Shown one piece after another: positions 9,973 through 19,144 of a DNA stretch of 64,000 bases; the stretch's first letter is position 1; the number at the start of each line of letters is the position of its first letter. Origin of the DNA: Gemmatimonadota bacterium. Its GTDB lineage: Bacteria > Gemmatimonadota > Gemmatimonadetes > Palauibacterales > Palauibacteraceae. The notes below the pieces were generated by a model, which saw only the letters and a list, made by a program, of their open reading frames with translations, was not told the origin of the DNA and made no database searches. The position numbers and the translations under genes were made by a program. Location: positions 64,001 to 128,000 of the forward strand of contig OY762926.1 of the NCBI GenBank assembly GCA_963666735.1, written 5' to 3'.

Positions 9973-11453
9973 AGGTCACCTTCGTCGAAGCCGTCGCCGG
10001 TCGGGTCGTCGTCGGGGCGTGCGTGCGTGAGCCAGCCGCCGGGCTCATCGTCGGACCAGATCAGGCTGCGCTTGCGTCGGCTCAGGTGATGGTTCGAACT
10101 CTCGACGAACCCGATCGCGCTCCCGACCGCCCTCATCGGATTCCGGCGGACTTCAATCTCGAACGTGCGGCGGCCGTCGGACTCGTCCCGGAACGCGAGG
10201 AGTGTCCCGCTGGACTGGGGCAAACCGATCACGCACACCCAGCTTCCCGCCCTGAGCCGGAGCGGCCCCGGGTTCTCGTCCCTCACGGTCAACACCGTGC
10301 GCGCCCAGCGCCCCGAGCGCCGTTCCCCGACGCCGGTGACCGTCCCGCGAAAGCCATCGCCGCGCGCGATGGCCTCATCCTGAAGCTCCGGGTCATCGTG
10401 CAGTAGCGCCGATTCGACGACTGAGGCCGAGGCCAGGTGAGACATGTAGCGCGCTCCCGCCGCGGCCGGATCCCGGTCCGTCTCCGGCGACGGCGTGAAG
10501 GGCGGGGGATCGTCGCCGGCGGCATGCCCCCACTCGAGACGCGTGTGCTGGCGCCACTGCTCCGCCAGCGCTTCGCCCACGAGTTCGGCCACGCCCCGGT
10601 TCGTGCGCCGCCCGTCCGCGCGCAGAAGCGATATCGCCTGTGCCGTGAGCCGGTATCGGCGCCCGAGTTCCTCCTCCAGGACACGGGTGATCTCCGCCGC
10701 CTTCGCTCGCTCGCGACCCGCGTCCCCCTCGTTCCGCGCCTCATGCCAATCATCGAGCCGAGCCGCGATGCGGGTTCGTTCGATGGTGGGGTCCAGCGCC
10801 GTGGAGACCGCAAGCTCCTCCGCCTTGTGGGCCGCCTCGGGACGCTCGGCGGGAGCCAGATCCCGGTCGAGCCACGCGAGCAGGAAGCCCAGGTGTTCGA
10901 GCCTCGTGGACTGCGCGGGGAACGTGTACGACGTGCGAAGCGCTCCCGTGGCCGTCACCACATGCTGCTGCCCCGGCCTCTGCGCCTCCCGGAAGAGCCA
11001 GCCCGCCGTCCGTCCCAGCGGGTTCAGGATTGTCCCGGCCTCGGGTCCCTGGCGCGTAAACGTGTACGCGAAGGCGAGGTGATGGAGCATGTCCGTATGA
11101 CTCCCGTTCGGAAGCCACACCTGCCGAAGCGGCCCAAGCTCCTCCTCGTCGGCGGGCGGGAGGCCGGCGAAGCCGGGCGTCCGAAGGTGCCGCAGGAGCA
11201 CGGGCGCGAAGCTCGAACACATCCCGGCGACCAGGTCGCGGTTCCGGCCCTCCGGGACGGTGAGAATCTCGGGGTCCGCATCCGGCCGCCCGAAGGCGAT
11301 GCCCCACGGACGCGACTCTCCCCCCATGCGCACGAACGCGACAATCAGGAGATCCTCATCCCGCGCGATATGCAGTTGCCGGGTCGTGCCCCGCGGAAGC
11401 GGCCGCCCCTCCGAGAACGCGATCAGCCGCCGGACGACATCGCGCTCCCTCAC
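9969..11453 (-). CDS. Uncharacterised 494-aa protein, middle gene of the nuclease-helicase operon
   Basis: Long ORF with protein-like composition. GTGA overlaps with both neighbours. C-terminus is beta-rich. Confidence 0.75.
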   Translation of the reverse strand: MRERDVVRRLIAFSEGRPLPRGTTRQLHIARDEDLLIVAFVRMGGESRPWGIAFGRPDADPEILTVPEGRNRDLVAGMCSSFAPVLLRHLRTPGFAGLPPADEEELGPLRQVWLPNGSHTDMLHHLAFAYTFTRQGPEAGTILNPLGRTAGWLFREAQRPGQQHVVTATGALRTSYTFPAQSTRLEHLGFLLAWLDRDLAPAERPEAAHKAEELAVSTALDPTIERTRIAARLDDWHEARNEGDAGRERAKAAEITRVLEEELGRRYRLTAQAISLLRADGRRTNRGVAELVGEALAEQWRQHTRLEWGHAAGDDPPPFTPSPETDRDPAAAGARYMSHLASASVVESALLHDDPELQDEAIARGDGFRGTVTGVGERRSGRWARTVLTVRDENPGPLRLRAGSWVCVIGLPQSSGTLLAFRDESDGRRTFEIEVRRNPMRAVGSAIGFVESSNHHLSRRKRSLIWSDDEPGGWLTHARPDDDPTGDGFDEGDL

Positions 11454-12541
11454 CGCGTCGGCCCCCTCGACCCCGCCGCCCCCGCGCGCTGAAGCCTCCG
11501 CACCAGGTCCTTCTCACCGGCGGTTCGCGGGCCCCCGCCGTCCAGAAGGGCGACCGCCCGCCCGAGGTCCACGTCACCGAGAAAGCGGCGCACATCATCG
11601 CCGAGCACCGCGGGGTTTCCCTCCGCCAGGGCAGCGGCGTGACACTGGCTCGCTCGGTCGCAGAACCTGAGACAAGCCTCCGAATACTCCGTCTCCGCCC
11701 GCATCACGGCCTCCACGGGATCGTCGTCGACCGGCATGAAGGGCGGCAGTCCGCGGGCCGCGGCCTCCAGAAGTTCAAAGCCCCGCCTCGCCCGCTCCGC
11801 CTGGTAGTGGAAGTCCTCCTCCGGGCGCACCGACGGGAAGTTGGAGCCCGGCCGCGTCAGAACGAGGAACCCCTGCCGCCGCAACTTGACGCGTTCCCCG
11901 CATCCGAGTTCGGCCAGGACGAGTTCGAGCGCGTGGAGGTAGAGGCCCGCCTGCGCGCGGGCGACCGCCAGCTTGTGCGGGTCGGTATGTCCCCCGCGAT
12001 CCGCGTACGTCTTGATCTCACCCACCATGAGTTCCGGGCGTCCCCGGTCGTAGCGAACGGCCAGGACGTCCAGGATGAGCACGGCCTCGGGCAGCATGAC
12101 GCCCTTCGGGATCCGAACCGTGGGACTGGCGATGATCGCGGGACGCGGGGCGGAGCGGGAATCGGCTTGGCCGGCCACCTCCCGGATCAGTGCCTTCGTC
12201 CGGGCAATCGCCTCCGGAAGGGAAGGGAGCGGCCCTCCGTTCATCCGGACACGCAGGTCGGCGAGTCCCTTCGCCCCCTCCGGGAGCACATCCTTCCGAA
12301 CGAGTTCCGCGAGAAGCCGGCCAGCCTCGTCGGCGAGCATCTGTCGCTCGAAGTTGTTCCCCCGCGTGAGCGCGAACACGGACTGCCCGAAACTGGGCCG
12401 GGAGCCGAGACGCCGCGCCACGTCGGCCATCGGGACGTTATGCACCGCGGAGAGGGTATTGGCCCGGCAGGCGGGGTTCTTCGCCCACTGCTCGAAGCGC
12501 GCGCGCGTGTTCCCCGTGACTGTCCCCGAACCGTTCTCCAA
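11450..12541 (-). CDS. PD-(D/E)XK nuclease, RecB/Cas4-like, possible Fe-S ligands
   Basis: ILDVLAV...GEIKTY (D..ExK), QAGLY (QxxxY), N-terminal Cys (NPAC) and C-terminal CLRFCDRASQC. TTG start at 12541 is preceded by GGAGG; the ORF-track start at 12694 is probably too long. Confidence 0.7.
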   Translation of the reverse strand: MENGSGTVTGNTRARFEQWAKNPACRANTLSAVHNVPMADVARRLGSRPSFGQSVFALTRGNNFERQMLADEAGRLLAELVRKDVLPEGAKGLADLRVRMNGGPLPSLPEAIARTKALIREVAGQADSRSAPRPAIIASPTVRIPKGVMLPEAVLILDVLAVRYDRGRPELMVGEIKTYADRGGHTDPHKLAVARAQAGLYLHALELVLAELGCGERVKLRRQGFLVLTRPGSNFPSVRPEEDFHYQAERARRGFELLEAAARGLPPFMPVDDDPVEAVMRAETEYSEACLRFCDRASQCHAAALAEGNPAVLGDDVRRFLGDVDLGRAVALLDGGGPRTAGEKDLVRRLQRAGAAGSRGPTR

Positions 12542-12701
12542 ACGACCTCCGTGTAAACGACACCGCGCGGCCACGCCGGGAGACCGTCTCGTCAACCGAA
12601 ATGAGTCGGTCTCACGCAGGGTGGGCGCGCCCGATCCTAATGCCCCAGTCGAAGCCCGGCGACCTCGAAGTCCCCTGCGGCCCGCGCCGTTCACCGTGGA
12701 G

Positions 12702-12737
12702 TTGACAGCGCTTCGAGTGTGTAGTATTTACGACACA
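12702..12737 (+). promoter_or_regulatory. Sigma70-like promoter with overlapping inverted repeat; probably leaderless XRE transcript
   Basis: TTGACA (12702-12707), 17-nt spacer, TATTTA (12725-12730), ATG at 12737. Imperfect inverted repeat TGTGTAGTAT/TTACGACACA at 12718-12737. Confidence 0.5.
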
Positions 12738-13090
12738 TGACACAGTTTGGAAGCACGGTTCGAAAGCTCCGGGAGCGGCTTCGGCAGGACGATCCCCGCT
12801 TCTCGCTGCGGCAGGTGGCGAAGCGGGTCGGGATCGAACCCGCGTACCTGAGCAAGATCGAGCGGGGTGACGTGGCGCCGCCCTCGGAGGCCACGACGGT
12901 GCGGCTGGCGCAGGAACTCGGCGTCGACCGGGACTGTCTTCTCGCGCTGGCGGGGAAGGTCTCCAGCGACCTCCAGGAGATCATCCGCAAACGGCCGGAA
13001 CTGTTCGCGGAGCTGATCCGCCAGCTCAAGGGGGCGCCGGAGGGCGCGATCCTGCGTGTCGTGCGGGAGGTGCGGGACGGGGAATGGTAA
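12737..13090 (+). CDS. XRE-family HTH transcriptional regulator
   Basis: FGSTVRKLR...SLRQVAKRVGIEPAYLSKIERG...PPSE. Confidence 0.9.
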   Translation: MTQFGSTVRKLRERLRQDDPRFSLRQVAKRVGIEPAYLSKIERGDVAPPSEATTVRLAQELGVDRDCLLALAGKVSSDLQEIIRKRPELFAELIRQLKGAPEGAILRVVREVRDGEW

Positions 13091-13121
13091 CGATGACGAG
13101 AGACACGAGGAGCGACGAGAG

Positions 13122-14183
13122 ATGATCAGCCTGGAGAACGACCGCCTGCACTTCCGGTTCCCCGAAGTCCACGAGAGCGCGCACTGCTCGGTCTCATTTC
13201 AACGCACGCTGCGCATCCCGGATGACGGGGCGCCACATTTGCTCCCGCCGGGCCTGGGCGGCTTCCCATTGCGACACGTCGACGACTACAAGTCCCGGCT
13301 GCCGGCCGACTGGCTTCGGCGCGGCGGCGTGCTCATGCCGATGCACCAGGCGGAGGCGATGTGGATCAGCTTCGGCTCCCGCTCCGGGGCTCCCGCTTAC
13401 CCCTTCGCCGTGAAGATCGCGACCGGCAAGGTGTGCGCCGTCAGCGGGGAAACGTGGACGGAGCATCTTAACCGGGACCCGCAGGACTACGTCGTACTCC
13501 CGCGCCAACCCTGGATCGATGGCTACTGCGTCGACAACGGGTTGATCCGGCAGTTCATCGCCATGCCGCTCGGAGAGGGCTACACGGTCGAGGAGCAGAT
13601 CACGGGCGCGGCCGAGCACGGGGGCATCCAGATCATCGCCTACCCCATGAAGGCCGAGCGCTACGAAGCGATCCTCGCCGCTCACAAGGCTCGACTCGCC
13701 GGTCTCGAAGTCAGGCGAGCCTCCGCTCCGAGCGTGTTCTCCGATCATGTGATCGCGTGTTCCTCGCCTTCGACCATCTACGAGCAATCGAGCATGGGCC
13801 TCGCGCCCGGCGGTCGCATGCGGCAGGAGATCTACGACGATCCCTACGATCTCGAAGCCTGGGATCAGCGCCCCGCGAGCCGGTGTTTCGTTACGATCGC
13901 CAATTCCGGGCAGTGGATCGCGGTCACCGGCGAGAAGCCCCCCACCACGCCGCCGACGGCGAAGCAGTACGCCGACGCCGGACTGCCGTGGTTCGACTAC
14001 TACGACGGGGATGCGACGGCCGTGGAGGGCGCGGAGAAGTTCGCAGACCTCGCGAGCGTGGCAGAGATCGGCGCGAAGAAGGGCGAGACGCCGCTGCCCG
14101 AGAACGAACCGCTCACCGAAACGCGCGTCGTCAAACGCGGACGTGCCGCCCTGCGGCAGGTCCGTGAGCCCAGCCCGGATTGA
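13122..14183 (+). CDS. Conserved hypothetical protein
   Basis: SFQRTLRIPDDG..LPPGLGGFPL, GGVLMPMHQAEAMW, QPWIDG, RQFIAMPLGEGYTVEEQITG, MGLAPGGRMRQEIYDDPY, YADAGLPWF. RBS GAGGAG before ATG 13122. Confidence 0.8.
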   Translation: MISLENDRLHFRFPEVHESAHCSVSFQRTLRIPDDGAPHLLPPGLGGFPLRHVDDYKSRLPADWLRRGGVLMPMHQAEAMWISFGSRSGAPAYPFAVKIATGKVCAVSGETWTEHLNRDPQDYVVLPRQPWIDGYCVDNGLIRQFIAMPLGEGYTVEEQITGAAEHGGIQIIAYPMKAERYEAILAAHKARLAGLEVRRASAPSVFSDHVIACSSPSTIYEQSSMGLAPGGRMRQEIYDDPYDLEAWDQRPASRCFVTIANSGQWIAVTGEKPPTTPPTAKQYADAGLPWFDYYDGDATAVEGAEKFADLASVAEIGAKKGETPLPENEPLTETRVVKRGRAALRQVREPSPD

Positions 14184-14276
14184 GTATTCGCTTGCGGCCC
14201 CTTCCTGGGGCGTCCCGCGCGAGGTCAGGTGGCACGCCGCCGCCGGCTCAGCGCCACCGGGCGGCTATCGCCGGGG

Positions 14277-14594
14277 TTAGGATGCGGAAGGGTCGGGATT
14301 CAGGATGCGGTCAAGGTCTCGCGCGCCGTGTATTATCCGCAGGATCGTGAGCGGTGAGCTTTCCGGGTAGTAGAGCACGACCCAGTCGAAGACGCGCCAC
14401 CAGCGGACCGCGTCGCCGGTGATCTCGGTGCGTTTCGATCCGGAGCCGGGCATTCCCGCCAAGTGCTCGAAGGCCTCTACGAATTTGGCATGGACGTGCA
14501 AGGCACGATCAACGCCGGACTGCTCCGCCACGTAGAGCAGGATCTCCGCGAGTTCGTTCTCAGCGGTGCGGCCGAGCCGGTAGCCCGCCGACAC
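14277..14594 (-). CDS. Type II toxin, RelE/ParE family
   Basis: YRLGRTAENELAEI...LAGMPGSG...ILRIIHGARDL. Confidence 0.85.
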   Translation of the reverse strand: MSAGYRLGRTAENELAEILLYVAEQSGVDRALHVHAKFVEAFEHLAGMPGSGSKRTEITGDAVRWWRVFDWVVLYYPESSPLTILRIIHGARDLDRILNPDPSAS

Positions 14595-14936
14595 TCAGCC
14601 GCGATCCTCGATTCGCTCTCTCAACCGCTGCATGGCCGCGGGCCCGTCGCTCACACGACCTTCGGCGACGTCGCAGAGGGCGGCGTCCACGAGCTGGCGG
14701 AAGTGCGCTCCGACCCTTTCCTGGAGCGCGCTCGGGACCCTGTCCCTCTCGTCTTCGCTCAGCCCCTCGTACACCCACTTCTCGAGGAGTCTTCGGTGCT
14801 CCGCTTCCTCCAGAAGGCGCAATCCGTGTCGCACGACTTCGCTCGCCGTGCGGTAGTGCCCCAGCGAGACCAACCGCTCGATGAACGCGTCCTGTTGCGG
14901 GGGAAGCGAGATGTTTCGGGTTTGCCGGATAGCCAT
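14595..14936 (-). CDS. Type II antitoxin, ParD-like (RHH)
   Basis: RNISLPPQQDAFIERLVSLGHYRTASEVVRHGLRLLEE. Abuts the ParE gene. Confidence 0.85.
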   Translation of the reverse strand: MAIRQTRNISLPPQQDAFIERLVSLGHYRTASEVVRHGLRLLEEAEHRRLLEKWVYEGLSEDERDRVPSALQERVGAHFRQLVDAALCDVAEGRVSDGPAAMQRLRERIEDRG

Positions 14937-14985
14937 GCTTCAAGGTCGCACGTCCGACCACGTGTAGCAATATCTGCCACACGGG

Positions 14986-15264
14986 TCAAAGGCCCACGTC
15001 GAGTTCGCTGGCGAGCGTTTCCATGGCCTCCCTGGCGGGGACGCCCCGGTCGCCCGCCTTGTATGCCCGCAGCGCCTCGCGCCACAGGTGTCCGCGCTCG
15101 ACCGAATGGACCAGGAAGTCGTAGCGTTCCGGACTCATCACGACCATCGCGGCTTCCCCGTTCTGGGTAATGGTCTCGACCCGTCCCTCCCGGATCCGTT
15201 CCAGATGTTCGCCCGTGTGCTGCCTGAAATGACTCAGCGGGTACGTGTCCTGAGTGCGGTGCAT
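14986..15264 (-). CDS. Phd/YefM-family antitoxin (no adjacent own toxin)
   Basis: LSHFRQHTGEHLERI...TITQNGEAAMVVMSPERY. Confidence 0.8.
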   Translation of the reverse strand: MHRTQDTYPLSHFRQHTGEHLERIREGRVETITQNGEAAMVVMSPERYDFLVHSVERGHLWREALRAYKAGDRGVPAREAMETLASELDVGL

Positions 15265-15280
15265 GACCCCTCGCTCCGAG

Positions 15281-15298
15281 ACGTTCCCGCGGGAACGT
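15281..15298. repeat. 18-bp palindrome ACGTTCCCGCGGGAACGT, copy 1
   Basis: Perfect palindrome, intergenic. Confidence 0.9.
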
Positions 15299-15306
15299 GC
15301 CGCGTC

Positions 15307-17517
15307 CTACGGCATCATGCCGGCCACCGCGCGCATCCGCTCCGCCAGGTTGCGGACGGCGCCGATGTAGACGCGCTCCCACCCGGGCAGATCTGCGCGG
15401 TCGTCCGTCTCGATCTCGTAGCGGAGCCCCGGCAGCATCCACGAGGCGTAGCCGCTGAACGGGTCCGGGGAGACGTAGATCGAGCGGCTCCACGGGCGGC
15501 CCTGCAACCCCCGGTCGTTCAGCCAGGCCTTCTCCAGTCCGATCAGCGCCCGGTTTACCGCCTCGGCCCTCGCCGCCTCGACCTCCCCGGAGGCGAGCCA
15601 GCGCTCGCGCGCCGCCACCAGGGCCGCGGCGGCCTCGTCCAGCTCCCGCGTGGTCTCGACGAGCCGCGACAGATCGACCGCCAGGCCGCGCTGGGCCGCG
15701 ACCTCGTACAGCGTCTCGACATGGGTGCGGGTGTCGGTCGCGTAGCGGACCACGTCGTAGGGGAGCACGTCGGCGTTGGCGAAGCGGAGCGCGAGGATCC
15801 CGTCGGCCCGGGCGATCATCGGCCCGTAGGCGAACGTGGTGTCCCCGAAGCGCTCGTACCACGCGAAGTTGTCGTAGTTGGAGTGGTAGACGCCGCCGGG
15901 GTTGCCGGACGAGAGCGAACCTGACGGCACGCCCGCGTGGGTGTAGAAGCCGACGTGGTCGGAGCCGCCGCCGAGGTTGCCGAGACCCGGCTCCGCCGCC
16001 CCCTCGCCCGCGCGCGCCAGCCACCAGTCGTACAGCGGTTCCCCGGTGCCGGGGTACGTCACCGCCTTCGTGGCCTCGATGATCTGCCCCTTGAGCGACG
16101 GAGAGGAGGAACTCCCGAAGTTGGCGCCCGACACTGCGGCGTCGGCGTTGATGTAGGCGATCGCGTTCGCTTCCAGCGCTTCGCGGAACTCCTCGACCCA
16201 CTCGGTCGAGCCGATGATGCCGTACTCCTCCGCGTCCCAGTGCGCGATCATGATCGAGCGGCGCGGCCGGCACTCGTCGTCCCGCGACAGCTCGCCCAGC
16301 GCCTCGGCGAGGGTCAGCAGCATCGCGGTGCCGCCGTTCGGGTCGATGGCGCCGAAGCCCCAGGGGTCGTAGTGCGCGCCCAGGATGAACCACTCGTCCG
16401 GGAACTCGCTCCCGCGCACGGTGCCCACCACGTTGGTCGCGCGGGTGAGCTTCATGGGCTGATTGACGCGCACCCGCACCGTGAGCTCGGTGCCGCCCGT
16501 GATGCGGTAGTCCACCTCCATCCCCGCCGCCCAGCCGGGCGGGACCTCGCGGCCGGTCATGCGGGACAGGATTTCGGTGGCGGCCTCGTAGCCGATGGGC
16601 AGGACGGGGATGTTGTGCAGCGGCACCTCGGAGGGGTCGAGGCGCTCCACCTGCCGGCCGCCGTTCCGCTCGTCGCCGGGCGCGGCGTCCACGGGCAGCG
16701 CGGGTTCGAACGGCGTGAGCGGGTCGCCGGTCCAGGGGAGGGTGAGGACGGAGCCGCGCTGGATGGTCTCCCCGTTCATCATCGGGCCTTCGGGATAGGC
16801 GGCGAGTCTCGACGAACCGGGATCGTTGAACATGATGACGCCCGCCGCCCCCCGCTCCTCGGCGAACTTCACCTTGTAGCCGCGGAAGTTCCCCCCGTAG
16901 CGGGCGATCACGACCCTGCCGGCCAGGGACACGCCGATCGAGTCCAGCGCCAGGTAGTCCTCGCGGCGGCCGTAGTTGGCGTAGACGACCTCGCCGGTGA
17001 CGTCGCCCGAGCCCGAGAAGGCGTTCCACCCGTTGAGCAGGTCGGGGTGGCCGGAGAAGCGGTCCTCCGGAAGCGCGGGCTCGCGGTTGGAGAGCTGCAT
17101 CGCGACCGGTGTCACGATGTGCACCTCGACATCGTCGGTCAGCTCCGGCAGGTAGACGTCGTAGGGGTGGCGCGTCACCGCCAGCCCCGCCTGCTCCATC
17201 GCCCGGGCGAGGTAGTCGCCGACCCGCACCTGGGCCGCCGACCCCGCCGGGTGCGGGTGCTCGGTGATCGTGCGCAGGTGCTCGCGGAACGACTCGGCGC
17301 GGGGCAGATCCAGGAAACGCGCCTCGCAGGCGAGCTGCGTGACGGCGCGCGCCGCGGTAAAGCCGGCCAGCGTGAGCTCCTGGGCAGCCTCTTGGGCAGG
17401 CTCCTGGGCGAGCGCTGGAGCGGGGCCGAAGCCGGCCGGAAGTACGGCGGCGAGGAGGGGAGCGACGGCGAAGAGCAGCGGGGCGGCCGCGCGAGCGGGG
17501 GCGAGGGCTGCTGGCAT
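15307..17517 (-). CDS. M28 peptidase, glutamate carboxypeptidase II-like (PA and TfR dimerisation domains), secreted
   Basis: Signal peptide; VYANYGRREDY, GAHYDPW, DPNGGTA, WDAEEYG, GGSDH, YHSNYD. RBS AGGAG before ATG 17517. Confidence 0.9.
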   Translation of the reverse strand: MPAALAPARAAAPLLFAVAPLLAAVLPAGFGPAPALAQEPAQEAAQELTLAGFTAARAVTQLACEARFLDLPRAESFREHLRTITEHPHPAGSAAQVRVGDYLARAMEQAGLAVTRHPYDVYLPELTDDVEVHIVTPVAMQLSNREPALPEDRFSGHPDLLNGWNAFSGSGDVTGEVVYANYGRREDYLALDSIGVSLAGRVVIARYGGNFRGYKVKFAEERGAAGVIMFNDPGSSRLAAYPEGPMMNGETIQRGSVLTLPWTGDPLTPFEPALPVDAAPGDERNGGRQVERLDPSEVPLHNIPVLPIGYEAATEILSRMTGREVPPGWAAGMEVDYRITGGTELTVRVRVNQPMKLTRATNVVGTVRGSEFPDEWFILGAHYDPWGFGAIDPNGGTAMLLTLAEALGELSRDDECRPRRSIMIAHWDAEEYGIIGSTEWVEEFREALEANAIAYINADAAVSGANFGSSSSPSLKGQIIEATKAVTYPGTGEPLYDWWLARAGEGAAEPGLGNLGGGSDHVGFYTHAGVPSGSLSSGNPGGVYHSNYDNFAWYERFGDTTFAYGPMIARADGILALRFANADVLPYDVVRYATDTRTHVETLYEVAAQRGLAVDLSRLVETTRELDEAAAALVAARERWLASGEVEAARAEAVNRALIGLEKAWLNDRGLQGRPWSRSIYVSPDPFSGYASWMLPGLRYEIETDDRADLPGWERVYIGAVRNLAERMRAVAGMMP

Positions 17518-17656
17518 CTTGCGGATCTCCTGACTGGTCGACGGACTCGGAAGGTCGGGGCGGATCCCCGCCATGATAGGGATCATCTCGCCCACGCGCC
17601 TCCGCAAGAGCCGGACGGTGCCCCATGCCGGGCCGGCAGGGGATGTCGGCGGCGGG

Positions 17657-19144
17657 TTACAGCTGGGCCAGCGCCTCCCGCCCGAACCGCTCCGCGGCCT
17701 CGAGCACCTCCCGCACGTCGTCCCAGGTCGTGTTGTGGTTCACGATGCAGATCCGGAGCGCGAACTTGCCGGACACCTCGGCGGAGGACACGAACGCGGG
17801 GTCCTCCCAGAACAGGCGGGCGAGCACCTCGCGGTTCAGTTCGTCGAGGGCTTCCTCGGCCATCTCGCCGGCCATCTCCCCGGCCATCTCTCCGCCGGCC
17901 GGGTTCACCCGGAAGCACACGATGCTCAGCGTGGCCGGGCTCAGGCACTCGAGCATGGGGCTCGCGTCGATGTACGCCTCCGCGCGGGCCGCGCAGTCCA
18001 GCCCGTTCGCGATGCGCTCCCGGAACGCGGCCATCCCGAACGTCTGCACGGACATCCAGATCTTGAGCGCGCGGGCGGAGCGGCTCATCTGCAGTCCCCG
18101 GTCCGCGAGGTTCGGGTGGCCCGCGCCCCACAGGGAGTCTTGGAGGAAAGTGGGCCGGACCCCGAACGGCTCTTCGAGCGTCGACACGTCCCGCACCATG
18201 AGACAGCCGGCTTCGTAGGGCTGGAAGAACCACTTGTGGGCGTCCAGTCCGATGGAATCGGCGCGCTCGATGCCGCTCAGGAGCTTCTTCCCCCGTTCGG
18301 TCACGATGGCGAAGCCGCCGTACGCGGCGTCCACATGGAACCAGATGCCCTCCGTCGCGCAGAAGTCCGCGAGTTCAGGCAGCGGATCGATGGCGCCGGT
18401 CGCGGTGGCGCCGGCGTTTGCGCACACGGCGATGGGGTTCAGTCCGGCCGCGCGGTCCTCCGCCACCATGCGCGCGAACGCGTCGACGTCGATGCGGGAA
18501 CGGTCGTCGCTCGGCACGATGCGTGCGTGGTCCGGACGGATGCCCGCGATCTTCACGGCTCTGACCTGTGCGGGGTGGCTCTGGTCGCTCATGTACACGG
18601 TGGCGCGCTCCGGGTAGCCGGCGGCCTCCCGCGCCGCCACGAGCGCGTCCAGACTCGCCGCGGACCCTCCGCTCGTGAGCAGCCCGCCCGCCGTCTCCGG
18701 CAGTCCGAGCCAGCGCCGGAACCACTCGATGACCACGCACTCGAGCTGGCTGGGTCCGCTCGCCACCAGCCAGTTGCAGGCATTGACGTTGTAGCCGGAG
18801 GCCAGGAAGTCCGCGACGATGCCGGGCCATGTCGGAGAGGACGGAACGAAGCCGAAGCAGCGGGGATGATCGAGGCGAAGCGTGAGCGACAGGACATCGC
18901 GCACGGCCCGCTCCATGACGTCGGTCGCCGGCTGTCCGTCCTCCGGCGGATCCTGCATGAGCCGGTCCTCGAGCGCCTCGCGGAACTCCCCGTCCCAGGC
19001 GTCGTCCCCGGCCAACTCCCCATGGCGCCGCACGAGGATTTCCGCCGCCTCCCGGGCCAGGTCAAGCATCGCCTCGCGCGGCATCTCAAGGCCGTCGGCC
19101 GCCGCGGAATCGGAGGTTGTGTCCGGCACCCTGTCCTGCCTCAT
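17657..19144 (-). CDS. Group II PLP-dependent amino-acid decarboxylase
   Basis: HPRCFGFVPS, SGGSAA, AGATATGAIDPL, HVDAAYGG, DAHKW (PLP lysine), SRSARALK. ATGA overlap with upstream remnant. Confidence 0.9.
   Translation of the reverse strand: MRQDRVPDTTSDSAAADGLEMPREAMLDLAREAAEILVRRHGELAGDDAWDGEFREALEDRLMQDPPEDGQPATDVMERAVRDVLSLTLRLDHPRCFGFVPSSPTWPGIVADFLASGYNVNACNWLVASGPSQLECVVIEWFRRWLGLPETAGGLLTSGGSAASLDALVAAREAAGYPERATVYMSDQSHPAQVRAVKIAGIRPDHARIVPSDDRSRIDVDAFARMVAEDRAAGLNPIAVCANAGATATGAIDPLPELADFCATEGIWFHVDAAYGGFAIVTERGKKLLSGIERADSIGLDAHKWFFQPYEAGCLMVRDVSTLEEPFGVRPTFLQDSLWGAGHPNLADRGLQMSRSARALKIWMSVQTFGMAAFRERIANGLDCAARAEAYIDASPMLECLSPATLSIVCFRVNPAGGEMAGEMAGEMAEEALDELNREVLARLFWEDPAFVSSAEVSGKFALRICIVNHNTTWDDVREVLEAAERFGREALAQL

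Noticed and set aside
11450..12541. Calling the nuclease a CRISPR Cas4
   Set aside because: It shares motifs only, is larger than typical Cas4, and has no cas context.
14759..18066. 955-aa and 709-aa ORFs
   Set aside because: Arg/Gly/Pro-rich alternate-frame or antisense shadows of the M28 peptidase, typical of high-GC DNA.
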